A stretch of 64,000 nucleotides of DNA from Longimicrobiales bacterium (GTDB lineage Bacteria; Gemmatimonadota; Gemmatimonadetes; Longimicrobiales; Gaopeijiaceae). A program made the translations under genes and the position numbers. The notes below the pieces were generated by a model. That model was not told the origin of the DNA, did not search any database, and worked only from the letters and a program-made list of their open reading frames with translations. Below are positions 37,650 through 48,878 of the stretch, piece after piece; position 1 is the first letter of the stretch, and every line of letters starts with the position of its first letter. The stretch is taken from positions 608,001-672,000 of the forward strand of contig CBDBCF010000002.1 in assembly GCA_965202985.1 (NCBI GenBank). The letters run 5' to 3'.

Positions 37650-40600
37650 GGCGATTCCGCTTCCTTCGGCCCACCGCCCGCGATCAGCCGGCGCAGGTCT
37701 TCGACGGCGGCGTACACGACGGGGACGACGATCAGCGTCAGGGCCGTGGCCACGACCAGGCCGCCGATCACGGCCACCGCCATCGGGGCGCGCAGGTCAG
37801 CCCCCCGACCGATCCCCAGCGCCATCGGCAGAAGGCCCAGCACTGTGGTGACGGTAGTCATGACGATCGGCCGCAGGCGCACCTCGCCCGCCCGGAGGAT
37901 CGCCTCGCGAAGGCCGGCCCCCCGTGCTCGCGCCTGGTTGATGAAGTCCACCTTCACGATGGCATCGTTGACCACGATCCCCACAAGGATCACGACTCCG
38001 ATCAGACTCATCGTGTTGAGCCCCTGTCCGGCCAGCGCCAGCGCAAGGACGGCGCCCACCAGCGCCAGCGGCACCGCCATGAGGATCGTGAACGGGTGCA
38101 CGAACGACTCGAACTGGGCTGCAAGGATCATGTAGACCAGAAGCAGGGCCAAGCCGAACGCGAAGATCAAGTCGCGGAACGACCGACGCATCTCCTCGTT
38201 CTCGCCGCCCACCTCCATCCGCGTGTCCCTGGGCGGTTCCAGCCCCGCCAGGGCATCTTCGACCGCAACGATGGCGCCCGCCAAGCCGCCCGAAGCCACG
38301 TCGGCGTAGACGGTGACGACTCTTCCCTGCTCTTCGCGACGGATCTCCGCCGGCCCCACGGTTTCCCGCACGTGAACCACCTCGCGCAGCGGGACGCCGC
38401 GCACTTGAAGGCCGTCCAAGGTGGAGGCGTCGTAGCGAAGGGCGTCCGGGAGCCGCACCATGACGGCGATCTTGCGGTCGAAGTCCACGAACTCCGTGGC
38501 GCGCTTGCCCCGCATGGCGGTCTCGATCGTCTCGGCCACCTGGCGCGGCTCGAGGTCGAAGCGCGCTACGGCCTCTCGGTCGATGGAGACCTGATACTGG
38601 GGCTGGCCTCGCTCGGAGCCGATGCGAACGTTGCGCACTTCGGACACGCCTCCCAGCCGGCGCTCCACGGCCTCGGCGAAGCCGTACGCCTGGTCCAAGT
38701 CCTCTCCCAGCACGCGGACCGCGATGTCCGACTCGCTGCCTCCCAGGATCTGTCCCAGCGCCGTGGCTTGGCCCGTCTCGAACGACAGGACGCCGCCGGT
38801 GACGTTCCCCTGCACGTCGCGCGCCCGGCGGATCACCTCTTCCGTGACGGCGCCGTCGGCCAGCCTGACCTGCAACAGGGCCGTGTTGACGCCTGCGGCC
38901 TCGCCTTCGCTGCCCTGGGCGCGCACGTCGCGGCCGATGCGGCCGAAGACGGCGGCCACCTGCGGATCGGGGAGCAGCCGCCTTTCCACGGTCTCCGCGG
39001 CTTCGGTGGTGGCTTCCAGGGACGTGCCTTCGGGCAGCTCGATCCGCACGTCGAAGGCGCCTTGGTCCACGTTGGGCAACAGGTCGCGGTCCAGAGACGC
39101 CGCCAGAACGAGGACGCCGGCGAGCGTGCCCCCGGCAGCGGCCAAGACCACTCCCTTGCGGTCCAGCGCCGCCGCCAGACGGCCGTGGTACCAGACGGCG
39201 AAGGCGCCGAAGGCCCGGTCGAACGCGGCGAAGAGCGGCGAGAAGACGACCTGGAGGATTCGGCCCACCGTCTCCGCCCAGAAGCGGACCAGCTGGGGCA
39301 CCAGGGCCGCCGCGGTGCGAAGCAGCCACCAGGGCGCAAAGGCGATCCAGGCCGCAGCCCAGACGACCAGCCGCAACGCCGCGCGGAGCCCGTGCAGCAG
39401 CCGTGCGAAGACGCTCCGGGGCGGACGCGCGGGACGCGACCACTGCCAGAACGCGACCGGCCACGGCGTGCGCGCGCGGTCTGGTCGGTCGGCGCGGCCG
39501 ACCCGACCCGTGAAGTGGCCGGCCATGGTGGGCAGCAGGGTCAGCGCCACCGCCAGGCTGGCCAGCAGCGAAAAGGCCACCGCCAGCGAGAGGGCGCCGA
39601 AGAGCTCGCCGGCCACGCCCTCCACGTAGATGATCGGGCCGAAGACGGAGATCGTGGTGAGCGTCGCTGCGGTGATCGCCCCCTGCACTTCTTCGGCGCC
39701 CCGGGCCGCGGCCTCCACGATGCCCATGCCGGCTTGGCGGTGCCGGAAGATGTTCTCCAGCACGATGATCGAGTTGTCCACCAGCATCCCGACGCCCAGC
39801 GCGAGCCCCCCCAGGCTCATGATGTTGAGCGAGACGCCGAACGCCTCCATGAGGGCGAAGGTGCCGACCACCGAGATCGGGATCGCCAGGGCCACCGCCA
39901 CCGGATAGCGCGGGTCGCGCAGGAAGAAGAAGAGCACCACGAACGCCAGCATCCCGCCCAGGATCAGGGCTTGGACAACGTTGCTGATCGAGTCGGCGAT
40001 GAAGCCGGCTTGGTTGGAGGCGATCTCCACGGTGAACTCGGGGTACTGCTCGCGCAGAAGGTCGAGCGTCTGCTGCACCGACTCGGAGACAGCCACCGTG
40101 TTCGCCCCCGACTCCTTGAAGACGAGGATCCCGACCGACTCGGCGCCGTCGTAGCGCGCGATCGCCTCGCGCTCCTCGAAGCCGTCCACCACGGCGGCCA
40201 CGTCCGACAGGCGCACCAAGCGCTGCTTGGGCTCCTCGCCTTCCTCCCCGCCCCGCGACCCTGCACCGGCCCCCGGCGGGTCCGCCGGGTCGCGGCTGAC
40301 CACCACGTCGCCGATCTCGGCCACAGTCTGGAACTCGCCCAGCGTTCGCAGCGGGTAGCGGTACCGGCCCCGCAGGATCGTGCCGCCCGGCGACGAGTAG
40401 TTGGCCTGGTCGAGCGCCGTGGACACCTCTTCCAAGGTGACTTGGTACGCCTCCAGCAGCGCCGGGTCCACCTCCACGTGGATCTCGCGGTCCAGCCCTC
40501 CGGTGACGGACGCCTGAGCAATGCCGTCCAGCTGCTCCAGCCGACGCCGGAAGACGGTCTCGGCGATCTCCTTCGTCTGCCACAGGTCGCGGCCGCCGGC

Positions 40601-41029
40601 CACGGAGACCGTCAGTACGGGCTCGGCCTGGGGGTCCACGCGCAAGATCGTGGGCCGTTCGGAGGTCTCGGGCAGGATGTCCCGGATGTTGTCCAGCCGC
40701 TCGCGCACGTTCAGCGCGGCGAAGTCCATGTCGGTGCCCCACGCGAAGCGCAGGGTCACCAAGCTGACCCCTTCTTGGGAGACGGAGGTGATCTTCTCGA
40801 CGCCGGGCACTGCGGCCGCCTGCGACTCGATCCGCTCCGTGACCAGCCGCTCCACCTCCGCCGGCGCCACGTCGGGGTAGGCGGTGTGGACCACCAGCCG
40901 CGGGAAGCTCACGTCCGGGAGCAGGTCGATCGGAAGGCGCGTGTAGGAGATGATCCCCAGCAGCACCACCGCCAGGAAGAGCATGGCGACGGCCACGGGC
41001 CGGCGGGTGGAGGCGCGGGGGATCGACAC
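37646..41029 (-). CDS. RND efflux permease (AcrB/MdtB-like)
   Basis: RRPVAVAM, GMLVDNSIIVLENI, GIVVNDAIVKVD, RLRPIVMT. Confidence 0.92.
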   Translation of the reverse strand: MSIPRASTRRPVAVAMLFLAVVLLGIISYTRLPIDLLPDVSFPRLVVHTAYPDVAPAEVERLVTERIESQAAAVPGVEKITSVSQEGVSLVTLRFAWGTDMDFAALNVRERLDNIRDILPETSERPTILRVDPQAEPVLTVSVAGGRDLWQTKEIAETVFRRRLEQLDGIAQASVTGGLDREIHVEVDPALLEAYQVTLEEVSTALDQANYSSPGGTILRGRYRYPLRTLGEFQTVAEIGDVVVSRDPADPPGAGAGSRGGEEGEEPKQRLVRLSDVAAVVDGFEEREAIARYDGAESVGILVFKESGANTVAVSESVQQTLDLLREQYPEFTVEIASNQAGFIADSISNVVQALILGGMLAFVVLFFFLRDPRYPVAVALAIPISVVGTFALMEAFGVSLNIMSLGGLALGVGMLVDNSIIVLENIFRHRQAGMGIVEAAARGAEEVQGAITAATLTTISVFGPIIYVEGVAGELFGALSLAVAFSLLASLAVALTLLPTMAGHFTGRVGRADRPDRARTPWPVAFWQWSRPARPPRSVFARLLHGLRAALRLVVWAAAWIAFAPWWLLRTAAALVPQLVRFWAETVGRILQVVFSPLFAAFDRAFGAFAVWYHGRLAAALDRKGVVLAAAGGTLAGVLVLAASLDRDLLPNVDQGAFDVRIELPEGTSLEATTEAAETVERRLLPDPQVAAVFGRIGRDVRAQGSEGEAAGVNTALLQVRLADGAVTEEVIRRARDVQGNVTGGVLSFETGQATALGQILGGSESDIAVRVLGEDLDQAYGFAEAVERRLGGVSEVRNVRIGSERGQPQYQVSIDREAVARFDLEPRQVAETIETAMRGKRATEFVDFDRKIAVMVRLPDALRYDASTLDGLQVRGVPLREVVHVRETVGPAEIRREEQGRVVTVYADVASGGLAGAIVAVEDALAGLEPPRDTRMEVGGENEEMRRSFRDLIFAFGLALLLVYMILAAQFESFVHPFTILMAVPLALVGAVLALALAGQGLNTMSLIGVVILVGIVVNDAIVKVDFINQARARGAGLREAILRAGEVRLRPIVMTTVTTVLGLLPMALGIGRGADLRAPMAVAVIGGLVVATALTLIVVPVVYAAVEDLRRLIAGGGPKEAESP

Positions 41030-41032
41030 GGG

Positions 41033-42499
41033 TCAGTTCCCCGCCCCGACCGGCGTCACGCCCGCCTCCCGCGCCACCGTGCCGGCGGCCTCGTAGAGCC
41101 CCACCAGGGCCGTGGCGAACTCGTAGCGCTGATCCACGACGTCGCGCAGCGCCGACGCCTCTTCCCGGACGGCGGTGCGCAGGTCCTCCACGCTCTTGGT
41201 GGCCAGCTGGTACTCCTGGCGGACGATGCGCAACCGTTCGCGCGCGATCTCCAGCCTGCGGTCCCGCTCCTGGACGGTGGCCCACGCGGTCTCCAGGTCC
41301 ACGTAGCGCGCCCGAATCTGCTCTTCGACTTCGAGTTCGGTCTGGCGCATCGCTTCTCCGGCGTTCCGAAGCTGAACGTCCGCCTCGGCGATCGACCGCG
41401 AGGTCTCGAACCGCGTGAAGATGGGAATGCTAACCGACAAGCCAATCGACGCCCGGAAGTCGTCGGGGCTCAAGTTCACCTCCAGGAGGTCGAAGAGCGC
41501 CGTTTGGTCTTGGCCGAACGCGTTGCGGTAGAAGTTCGAGTTCAGACTCAAGGTGGGCCACCGCGCAGCCTTCCGGTTGCGCAAAGAGGCTTGGCGGAGC
41601 GACAGGGTGGCCGCGGCCTCGCCGACCTGGGGACTCTCGCGCCGCCCCAGCTCCACCAGTCCGTCCAGGTCCAGCGTGGCCGGGTCGAAGGGCTCCGGAT
41701 CGCCCGCCGCCACGTCGATCTTCGACAGCCCCGGGTCGCCGATCGCCCTGGCGAGCGCCAGAAGTCCCTTGTCGAACTCGCCACGAGCCTGGATCACGGC
41801 CGCGCGCTGGGTCTCCAGCTCCAGCTGCGTTCCCAGCAGGTCGGACCGGCCGACCGTGGCCAGCTCGAAGCGCCTTCGGGTCGCTTCCACGTCCCGCTCC
41901 CGCGCGGCCAGCAGCTCGAGCTCCACCGCCACGCGGGCCTTCTGGCGCTGGGCCGTCAGGAACTGCCGCTGGACCTCGGCCAAGACGGCGTTCAGCTCGC
42001 GTTCGCCGGTTCTGCGGGTGACGCTGGCCTGGGCGCGGGCCTCGCCCAAGGCGTGGAAGCGCGCTCCGCCCTGCAACAAGTCCATGCTCATAGAAAGGTA
42101 CTGGCTGGCGTCCGACGATATCCGAGTTTGCAGGTCGGTGTTTTCGATGGGGTTGCCGAAGAAGTCCACGGCGGTGGGCTCGCGGCTGAACCGCTGACCG
42201 GTGCTGTAGCTCAGGCTCAAGTTGGGCAGGAAGGCGCCCCAAGCGGCGCGTGCCTGGGGGCCGGCCAAGTCGACCTGGTTGAGGGCTTGGCGGTACCGGG
42301 GGTTGTGGTCCGCGGCCCGGGCTAGCGCGTCTCCCAGCGTCAGGATCACGGGCTCCTGGGCGGACGCCACGGGCGCCGCCGGCACCGCCGAAAAGAGCGC
42401 CGCCGCCGCGAGCCCTTGGAGCCACGCCGCCGCGGCCCACCGGAGGGACGCCACGCCCGGCCGACGCGCTCGACACGCTCTTCGCGCAGGCGCACTCAC
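41033..42499 (-). CDS. TolC-family outer membrane efflux protein
   Basis: Signal peptide, 'LTLGDALARAADHNP', two OEP repeats (FLPNLSL, WPTLSL), helical coiled segments. Confidence 0.88.
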   Translation of the reverse strand: MSAPARRACRARRPGVASLRWAAAAWLQGLAAAALFSAVPAAPVASAQEPVILTLGDALARAADHNPRYRQALNQVDLAGPQARAAWGAFLPNLSLSYSTGQRFSREPTAVDFFGNPIENTDLQTRISSDASQYLSMSMDLLQGGARFHALGEARAQASVTRRTGERELNAVLAEVQRQFLTAQRQKARVAVELELLAARERDVEATRRRFELATVGRSDLLGTQLELETQRAAVIQARGEFDKGLLALARAIGDPGLSKIDVAAGDPEPFDPATLDLDGLVELGRRESPQVGEAAATLSLRQASLRNRKAARWPTLSLNSNFYRNAFGQDQTALFDLLEVNLSPDDFRASIGLSVSIPIFTRFETSRSIAEADVQLRNAGEAMRQTELEVEEQIRARYVDLETAWATVQERDRRLEIARERLRIVRQEYQLATKSVEDLRTAVREEASALRDVVDQRYEFATALVGLYEAAGTVAREAGVTPVGAGN

Positions 42500-43671
42500 C
42501 GGCCCGGCCTCCCGCCCGCCGCCGCCGGGTCGTCGACGAGTTCGACCGCGGCGTCGTGGGTCAGGTAGTGGTGACCGTCCACGAGCACGACCTCGCCGGG
42601 CGCCACCCAGTCCTCGTCGCCCTCCAGCAGCTCCACCACGTCGTCGTTCTCCAGGCCGGGGGTGACGTAGCGCCACTTGGCGCGGCCGTCTTCCAGCACG
42701 AAGAGCATGGTGCGCCGGTTGCGCTCCAGCACGGCCGCTCGGGGAACCAGGATGCGATCCGGGAACTGCTGTGCCTCCAAGCGGGCTTCCGCGTACATGC
42801 CCGGCTTGATGCGCCCGTTCGGGTTGGGGATGTGGACCGTGACGCGGGCCGTCCCGGTCGCCGGGTCCACCACGGGGTTGATCGTGCGGATGCGCCCCGT
42901 GAAGGTCGTGTCGGGGAAGGCGGCGAAGTGCAGCTCGGCGACGCGGCCCTCGGTGAGGTGCACGACCTCCGTCCCCAGCACCTGGACCTCGACCTTGGCG
43001 GGGTTCAGGTCGATCAGAGTGAGCAGCTCGTCGCCCTCTCGGACGAACTGGCCGGGCACGATCTTCAGGTCCGCCGCCCGCCCGCCGAACGGCGCCCGCA
43101 CCGATGTCTTCTGCAGGTTGAGGAGCGCCCTTCGGTGCTCGACCTGGGCCTGCGGCAGTCCGGTGTTGGACCGCGCGAACCGGTCCCGGCGCGCGCGCGC
43201 CTCTTCGTCCTCGATCTCGTCGTCGAAGAGGACCGTGGCTTGGTAGTCGGCCTCGGCCTTGAGCAGCGCGGCCGCCTTGGCCGCCACCTCCAGGGCGTAC
43301 TCGGTGGTGTCGACCAGCACGAGCAGATCGCCCTGCCGCACGTACTGGTTCTCGCGCACCGGCGCTTGCGCCACGTAGCCCGAGACTTGGGCGGTGACGC
43401 CGACCCTGCGCATGGCTTCGGCGCGCCCCTCGGCGGTCACCGATATCCAAAGCGTGTCCTGTACCGCGACCGCGCCGGTCACCGGCTGGGGAAGCTCCGT
43501 GTTGAACTGCTCCTGCACCGACTCGACGACTTCGGCGTTCTCCTGGGGCTCGTCGGACGCCTCGGCGTCGTCCTGCGGTTCGGGCCGAATCCGCCAGTAG
43601 ATCGCGGCCGCCACCGCCGCCAGCACGGCGACGACGGTGAGCACCCGCAACGTGGCGCGCGAATAGGTCAT
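42496..43671 (-). CDS. RND efflux membrane fusion protein
   Basis: N-terminal TM, lipoyl-like [36 protein letters not shown]. Confidence 0.9.
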   Translation of the reverse strand: MTYSRATLRVLTVVAVLAAVAAAIYWRIRPEPQDDAEASDEPQENAEVVESVQEQFNTELPQPVTGAVAVQDTLWISVTAEGRAEAMRRVGVTAQVSGYVAQAPVRENQYVRQGDLLVLVDTTEYALEVAAKAAALLKAEADYQATVLFDDEIEDEEARARRDRFARSNTGLPQAQVEHRRALLNLQKTSVRAPFGGRAADLKIVPGQFVREGDELLTLIDLNPAKVEVQVLGTEVVHLTEGRVAELHFAAFPDTTFTGRIRTINPVVDPATGTARVTVHIPNPNGRIKPGMYAEARLEAQQFPDRILVPRAAVLERNRRTMLFVLEDGRAKWRYVTPGLENDDVVELLEGDEDWVAPGEVVLVDGHHYLTHDAAVELVDDPAAAGGRPGR

Positions 43672-44927
43672 GGGTTTGTGCTCCCTTGAGCTTGCAGTGA
43701 GTTCGACGCGGCGCCCGTGCCGTAGCGACGCTCCACGTAGTCGTTCAGGATGCCCTTGAACTCGGCCACGATGGCGTCGCCCTTGAGCGTGCGCAGGTGG
43801 ACGCCGTCGGCGTAGACCGGCGCCTTGGGCTCTTCGAAGGTGCCCGGCAGCGAGATGCCCAGGTCGGCGTGCTTGGATTCGCCGGGGCCGTTCACCACGC
43901 ACCCCATGACGGCCACCTTCAGATCCTCGACCCCCGGAAAGCGGCCGCGCCACTCGGGCATCCGCTGGCGGATGTGGCCCTGGATGTCCTCCGTCATCTC
44001 CTGGAAGAAGGTGCTGGTGGTGCGCCCGCAGCCCGGGCACGCCGTGACCTGTGGCTCGAAGCTGCGGATCTCCAACGACTGGAGGATCTGCTGGGCCACA
44101 CGCACCTCTTCGGTCCGGTCGCCGCCCGGGCGAGGCGTCAGCGACACCCGGATCGTGTCGCCGATGCCGTCCAGCAGGAGCGGCGACAGCGCCGCCGCCG
44201 AGGCCACGATCCCCTTGGCGCCCATCCCCGCTTCCGTCAGGCCCAAGTGAAGCGGGTGGTCGCGAAGCGGGGCCAGCCGGCGGTACACGGCGATCAGGTC
44301 GCGCACGCCCGAGACCTTGGCGCTCAGCACGATCCGGTCCGCGCCCAGCCCCGTCTCCATCGCCAGGTCCGCCGAGCGCACGGCGCTCCCGACCATGGCG
44401 TCCTGCAACACCTCGCCGGCGTTCTTGGGCTTCTCGCGCCTTCCGTTCTCGTCCATGAGTTCGGTCAGCAGCCGCTGGTCCAGCGAGCCCCAGTTGACGC
44501 CGATGCGGACCGCCTTGCCGTTGTCCACGGCGACGCGGACGATCGACTGGAAGTTCTCGTCGCGACGGCGGGCGCCCACGTTGCCCGGGTTGATCCGGTA
44601 CTTGGCCAGCAGCGCGGCGGTCCGGGGGAAGTCGCGGAGCAGGATGTGGCCGTTGTAGTGGAAGTCGCCCACGATCGGCACGGTGCAGCCGTCGTCTTGC
44701 AGCCGCTGGAAGAGTTCGGGAACCGCCGCGGCCGCCTGCTTGTTGTTGACGGTGATGCGGACCAGCTCGCTGCCGGCGCGGGCCAGAGCCGCGACCTGGG
44801 CGGCGGTGGCGGCGGGGTCGGCGGTGTCCGTGTTCGTCATGGACTGGACCGCAACCGGATTGCCGCCGCCGATCTTCACCCCCCCGATCTCGGCTTCCAG
44901 GGTCCTCACGACGGTGCTTTCAGGCAC
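43668..44927 (-). CDS. ispG: (E)-4-hydroxy-3-methylbut-2-enyl-diphosphate synthase
   Basis: [61 protein letters not shown] before GTG 44927. Confidence 0.97.
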   Translation of the reverse strand: MPESTVVRTLEAEIGGVKIGGGNPVAVQSMTNTDTADPAATAAQVAALARAGSELVRITVNNKQAAAAVPELFQRLQDDGCTVPIVGDFHYNGHILLRDFPRTAALLAKYRINPGNVGARRRDENFQSIVRVAVDNGKAVRIGVNWGSLDQRLLTELMDENGRREKPKNAGEVLQDAMVGSAVRSADLAMETGLGADRIVLSAKVSGVRDLIAVYRRLAPLRDHPLHLGLTEAGMGAKGIVASAAALSPLLLDGIGDTIRVSLTPRPGGDRTEEVRVAQQILQSLEIRSFEPQVTACPGCGRTTSTFFQEMTEDIQGHIRQRMPEWRGRFPGVEDLKVAVMGCVVNGPGESKHADLGISLPGTFEEPKAPVYADGVHLRTLKGDAIVAEFKGILNDYVERRYGTGAASNSLQAQGSTNP

Positions 44928-44972
44928 GGTTGCCTCCGCGGGTATGGCGATCTTTGCCTGCGGCTGAAACAG

Positions 44973-45058
44973 CGGAGGGGGTGGGATTCGAACCCACGCG
45001 TCCTTTGGAGGACGCCGGTTTTCAAGACCGGTGCATTGAGCCGCTCTGCCACCCCTCC
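44973..45058 (-). tRNA. tRNA-Ser(TGA)
   Basis: GGAGGGG/CCCCTCC acceptor stem, anticodon arm CCGGT-CTTGAAA-ACCGG, long variable arm, GGTTCGAATCC T-loop; CCA not encoded. Confidence 0.95.
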
Positions 45059-45085
45059 CTTGGGGCACGAAGCCCGGCTTGGGGA

Positions 45086-45114
45086 AAGATGAAGCCGCCG
45101 GCGCGCGGTTGCAA
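45086..45114 (-). promoter_or_regulatory. Putative sigma70 promoter for tRNA-Ser/ispG
   Basis: TTGCAA-17nt-CATCTT just upstream of the tRNA. Confidence 0.45.
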
Positions 45115-45296
45115 GCGCGGAAGCGCCGTGCTTCGTCGCAGCGCCTTGACCTGCCGACGCGCCGTGGCCGAGCCTTCGGAAACCTGGGTTCCTCATGAAC
45201 GTCCCCTTGCATTTTGGACGGCCCGTCGCGCGGACCGGTTGCCGCGCGGCTTACAGGTTATACCACGAACGTCCGAAAATGTTCCACGGCGCGCGT

Positions 45297-47891
45297 TCAG
45301 TGCCGGAAGAGGCGCCTCCCGGTGAAGACCATCGCCAAGCCGTGCTCGTCGGCCGCGGCGACCACCTCCTTGTCGCGAACCGAGCCGCCGGGCTGCACGA
45401 TCGCGGACACCCCGGCACTCGCGGCCGCGTCCACGCCGTCGCGGAAGGGAAAGAAGGCGTCGGACGCCAGGACGGCGCCGGCAAGAGCCTCGTCGAAACC
45501 CGCGTCCTTGGCCTTGCGGACAGCGATCTTGGACGAATCCACGCGGCTCGTCTGCCCCGCCCCGATGCCCAGCGTGGCCATCTCCCTCGCCAAGAGGATC
45601 GCGTTCGACTTGACGCCGTAGACGGCCGACCAAGCGAAGGACAGGTCCCGGGCCTCGCGGGCCGTGGGGTCGCGCCGGCTGGCGACGGTCCAATCGGGCT
45701 CGCTTCGTCCGTGGAACGGCGGCGGCGGCACGGTTTGGGCCAGCAAGCCGCCGTGGACCGAGCGCAGAGCAAGGCCGCCCTCGGGCGACGCCCAGCCGGC
45801 CAGAAAATCGCGAGCGGGGTCGGCGCCTGGGTGGTCGGCGGCGTCCGATCGGGTCCCGGGGAAGGCCAGGAGGCGCAGGTTCTTCTTCTTGACCAGGACT
45901 TCCAGCGCGTCGGCGGCGAAGCCGGGAGCGACCAGGCACTCCACGAAGACGGCGGCCACCGCGGCGGCAGCCTCGGCGTCCACCACACGGTTGAAGGCGA
46001 TCACCGAGCCGAACGCCGACGCGCGGTCCGTGTCTCGCGCTCGGGTGAAGGCTTCGACCAGCGACGGGCGCACGGCCAGCCCGCAGGGCGTGGCGTGCTT
46101 GACCAGACACGCCGCCGCTTGGTCGGCGTGGGCGAACGGGGCCAAGCTCGTCAGGGCGCCGTCGAGGTCCAGGATGTTGTTGTAGGAGAGCGCCTTGCCC
46201 CCGAGCTGCCGGAGGGCCGCCATTCCTGCGGGCGTCGGTGGGTCGGGGCGGACCGGGCCGCCCGGCGATTCCGGGGCGTCCAGCGACAGCGGGACGGCCG
46301 GCGACGGAGCGGCTGCCGGCGCCGACGGGGCGACGACGGGCGACCGGGCGTCCGGCTCGTAGAAGGCGGCGGCTTGATCGGGGTTCTCGCCGTAGCGAAG
46401 GGCCGACTGGCGTCTGAGGCGGAGGGCGATACGGGGCGGCAACCCCGACGACGGCGGGACGTGAGCGGTCGGCGGTCGTTCCTCCGGCCCCAAGTAGGCC
46501 GCCACCGCGTGATCGTAGGCGGAGACGTGGCGGAACGCCTTGGCGGCCAAGCGGCGACGGAGCGCGCGGGCGGCTTCGGCGGCGGCGACGGAAGCGCGAG
46601 CGTCCAGGGCCTGGAGGACGGCGTCGTAGTCGGCGGGGTCCACCACGGCCCACACGTCCCGGTGGTTCTTGGCGGCCGCCCGCGCCATTGCCGGGCCGCC
46701 GATGTCCACATTGTCCATGGCGCGTTCCATCGTGGCGTCCGGCTGGGCAACCGTCTCGCGGAACGGGTACAGGTTGATCGCTACCAAGTCGACGGTCGGG
46801 TAGCCCCTGCGGGCCATCTCCGCGCTGTCGTCCGGGTGGCCCCGGCGTGCCAGTATCCCCGCGTGCACGGCCGGGTGGAGCGTCTTGACCCGCCCCTCCA
46901 TCATCTCCGGGTGTCCCGTGATCCGCTCCACCTCGATCACGGCCACGCCCGCCTCCCGCAGGACGCGCGCGGTCCCCCCCGTGGACACGATCTCCCAGCC
47001 CCGTCCGGCCAGCGCCTTGGCGAAGTCGGCCACCCCCGTCTTGTCGGACACGCTGACCAACGCGCGGGGAGCGCCGCCCGATGCAGCGCCCACGCCGAAC
47101 GCCCGCCGCGCGAGCGCCCGCAGCTCCGGCCCAGCACCCAGCTCCGTTCCCGCGCCCAACCCGGCCCCTGCCGCCCCTGCCGGCCAACGGAACTCCGGCG
47201 CACCCGCCGCGCCCGTCGCAAACCTCGCCAGGGCGCAGGCGGCCTCTGGGAACAGGATGTGCTCGACCTCCAGCACGCGCGCCGCCAAGGACCCGGGCGT
47301 GTCGGTCGGCGACACCGGGACCGGCCACTGGGCCAGGATGCGTCCGTCGTCGTAGCGCTCGTTCACGTAGTGGACCGTAGGCCCCGACACAGTCGCGCCG
47401 GAGCGGAGCACGGCCTCGTGCACGCGGGCACCGTACATGCCTCGGCCCCCGAACGCCGGAAGCAGCGACGGATGGACGTTGAGCGCACGCCCCCGATACG
47501 CCCTGCACACCGTCGCGGGCACCAGCGACAGGAAGCCGGCCAAGAGTATTCCCTGCACGCCGCGGCGCTCCAGGAGTTCGGCCAAGGCCACGGAGGCGTC
47601 GCCCGACGAGGTCGTATCGTCGTCGCCCGACGAGGCCGCACCGCCGCCCGGCATGGTCGCTTCGTTCCCCGTCGAGACCGCATCGCCGTCGCCGCTGCCG
47701 CCCGCACCCGTGAACCGCACCCGCTCCACGGCCCGTCCCTTCCTGCGCGCCCGCGCCTCAGCCCCGCACTCGCGGTCGGTGACCACCAGCTCGACCCGGT
47801 ACGGCGCCCCCTCCTCTTCCCGGTCCAGCAACGCCTGAAGGTTGGAGCCCGACCCGGACGCGAATACGGCGAATCGCGCCGGTTCGCTCAC
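45297..47891 (-). CDS. purN/purH: Fused PurN (GAR transformylase) + PurH (IMP cyclohydrolase/AICAR transformylase)
   Basis: N-terminal [29 protein letters not shown]; then [52 protein letters not shown], all in one frame. Confidence 0.92.
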   Translation of the reverse strand: MSEPARFAVFASGSGSNLQALLDREEEGAPYRVELVVTDRECGAEARARRKGRAVERVRFTGAGGSGDGDAVSTGNEATMPGGGAASSGDDDTTSSGDASVALAELLERRGVQGILLAGFLSLVPATVCRAYRGRALNVHPSLLPAFGGRGMYGARVHEAVLRSGATVSGPTVHYVNERYDDGRILAQWPVPVSPTDTPGSLAARVLEVEHILFPEAACALARFATGAAGAPEFRWPAGAAGAGLGAGTELGAGPELRALARRAFGVGAASGGAPRALVSVSDKTGVADFAKALAGRGWEIVSTGGTARVLREAGVAVIEVERITGHPEMMEGRVKTLHPAVHAGILARRGHPDDSAEMARRGYPTVDLVAINLYPFRETVAQPDATMERAMDNVDIGGPAMARAAAKNHRDVWAVVDPADYDAVLQALDARASVAAAEAARALRRRLAAKAFRHVSAYDHAVAAYLGPEERPPTAHVPPSSGLPPRIALRLRRQSALRYGENPDQAAAFYEPDARSPVVAPSAPAAAPSPAVPLSLDAPESPGGPVRPDPPTPAGMAALRQLGGKALSYNNILDLDGALTSLAPFAHADQAAACLVKHATPCGLAVRPSLVEAFTRARDTDRASAFGSVIAFNRVVDAEAAAAVAAVFVECLVAPGFAADALEVLVKKKNLRLLAFPGTRSDAADHPGADPARDFLAGWASPEGGLALRSVHGGLLAQTVPPPPFHGRSEPDWTVASRRDPTAREARDLSFAWSAVYGVKSNAILLAREMATLGIGAGQTSRVDSSKIAVRKAKDAGFDEALAGAVLASDAFFPFRDGVDAAASAGVSAIVQPGGSVRDKEVVAAADEHGLAMVFTGRRLFRH

Positions 47892-48535
47892 GCCAGCCGG
47901 CCTGCGTAGACCGGCGCCAGAAACGGGTTCGTCTGCGCCTCGCGGCCGACGGTGGTCGGGGGACCGTGGCCCGGAAAGAGCCGGGTCTCGGGCGGCAAGG
48001 TCAGCACTTCGGACCGGATCGAAGCCATGAGCGTGCCGTAGTCGCCTCCGGGCAGGTCGGTCCTGCCTATGGAGCCCGCGAACACCACATCGCCGACCAG
48101 GGCCAGCGCCTCCGTATCGCACACGAACATGACGTGGCCCGGCGCGTGGCCGGGCACGAACGCCACGCGAAACTCCGACCTGCCGACGGTCAGCACATCC
48201 CCGGGCGTCAGCGCCTTGTCGGGCGGCGGCGGCGCCTCGAACGGCAAGCCGAAGCTGGCGCCTCGCACGGCCGCGTCGTCGTACAATGGGCGGTCGGCAG
48301 GGTGAAGATGGACGGGCGCTCCCGTGACGCGCCGCGCCAGGGCGACGCCCTCGACGTGATCGAAGTGGGCGTGGGTGAGCAGGATGTCCCGGACGGTCAG
48401 TCCCCTGCTCTTGACCGCGGCCAGGGCCTGATCGGTGGCGGCGCCGGGGTCCACCAGCACGGCGCTGCTCCGGTCGGCGCACACCACCAGCAACGTGTTC
48501 TGGGCGAAGCTGCCGCCCGTGAAGGCGTGAACCAA
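47888..48535 (-). CDS. MBL-fold metallo-hydrolase (glyoxalase II-like)
   Basis: THAHFDH, PGHAPG, GD..FAGSIGRTD, PGHG; TTG start with AGGGA RBS (inferred). Confidence 0.9.
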   Translation of the reverse strand: MVHAFTGGSFAQNTLLVVCADRSSAVLVDPGAATDQALAAVKSRGLTVRDILLTHAHFDHVEGVALARRVTGAPVHLHPADRPLYDDAAVRGASFGLPFEAPPPPDKALTPGDVLTVGRSEFRVAFVPGHAPGHVMFVCDTEALALVGDVVFAGSIGRTDLPGGDYGTLMASIRSEVLTLPPETRLFPGHGPPTTVGREAQTNPFLAPVYAGRLA

Positions 48536-48543
48536 GGTCGTCC

Positions 48544-48873
48544 CTATACCGTGAACGAGCTTCCGCAGCCGCAGCCGCCCGACGCCTGCGGGTTCTTGAA
48601 GGCGAAGCCGGAGCCCATCATGGAGGTCACGTAGTCGATCTCGATCCCCTCCAAGTACTGGGCGCTGAACGGGTCCACGAAGATGCGGACGCCCCGCCGC
48701 TCGAAGACCTCGTCGTCGCCCTCGGGCGCGTCGTCGATCTCCACGCCGTATTGGAACCCCGAACAACCGCCGGGCAAGACCGCCACGCGAAGACCCGCGC
48801 CGGGACCGCCGCCGTGCTCCTTCAGAAACCCCTGCACCTTCTCTGCGGCGTTGGGGGTAAGCGTCATCTCCAT
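48544..48873 (-). CDS. iscA: Fe-S cluster assembly A-type carrier (IscA/ErpA/HesB)
   Basis: GGCSGFQY and NP...GGCGCGSSF motifs. Confidence 0.9.
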   Translation of the reverse strand: MEMTLTPNAAEKVQGFLKEHGGGPGAGLRVAVLPGGCSGFQYGVEIDDAPEGDDEVFERRGVRIFVDPFSAQYLEGIEIDYVTSMMGSGFAFKNPQASGGCGCGSSFTV

Positions 48874-48878
48874 GGCCA

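Noticed and set aside
32980..37674. 1,564-aa ORF suggesting a long N-terminal fusion to GltX
   Set aside because: The upstream part is an alternative frame of the RND gene; GltX starts at GTG 34506. The same applies to the extended ORFs for moaC, mltD, selA, tolC, ispG, valS and dinG.
44973..45058. tRNA as tRNA-Sec or as an integration site
   Set aside because: The anticodon is TGA (Ser), not TCA. No integrase or duplicated 3' end was seen, and ispG follows directly.
48544..48873. HesB-like selenoprotein, given the nearby selA
   Set aside because: All three conserved positions are ordinary Cys codons, with no in-frame TGA.
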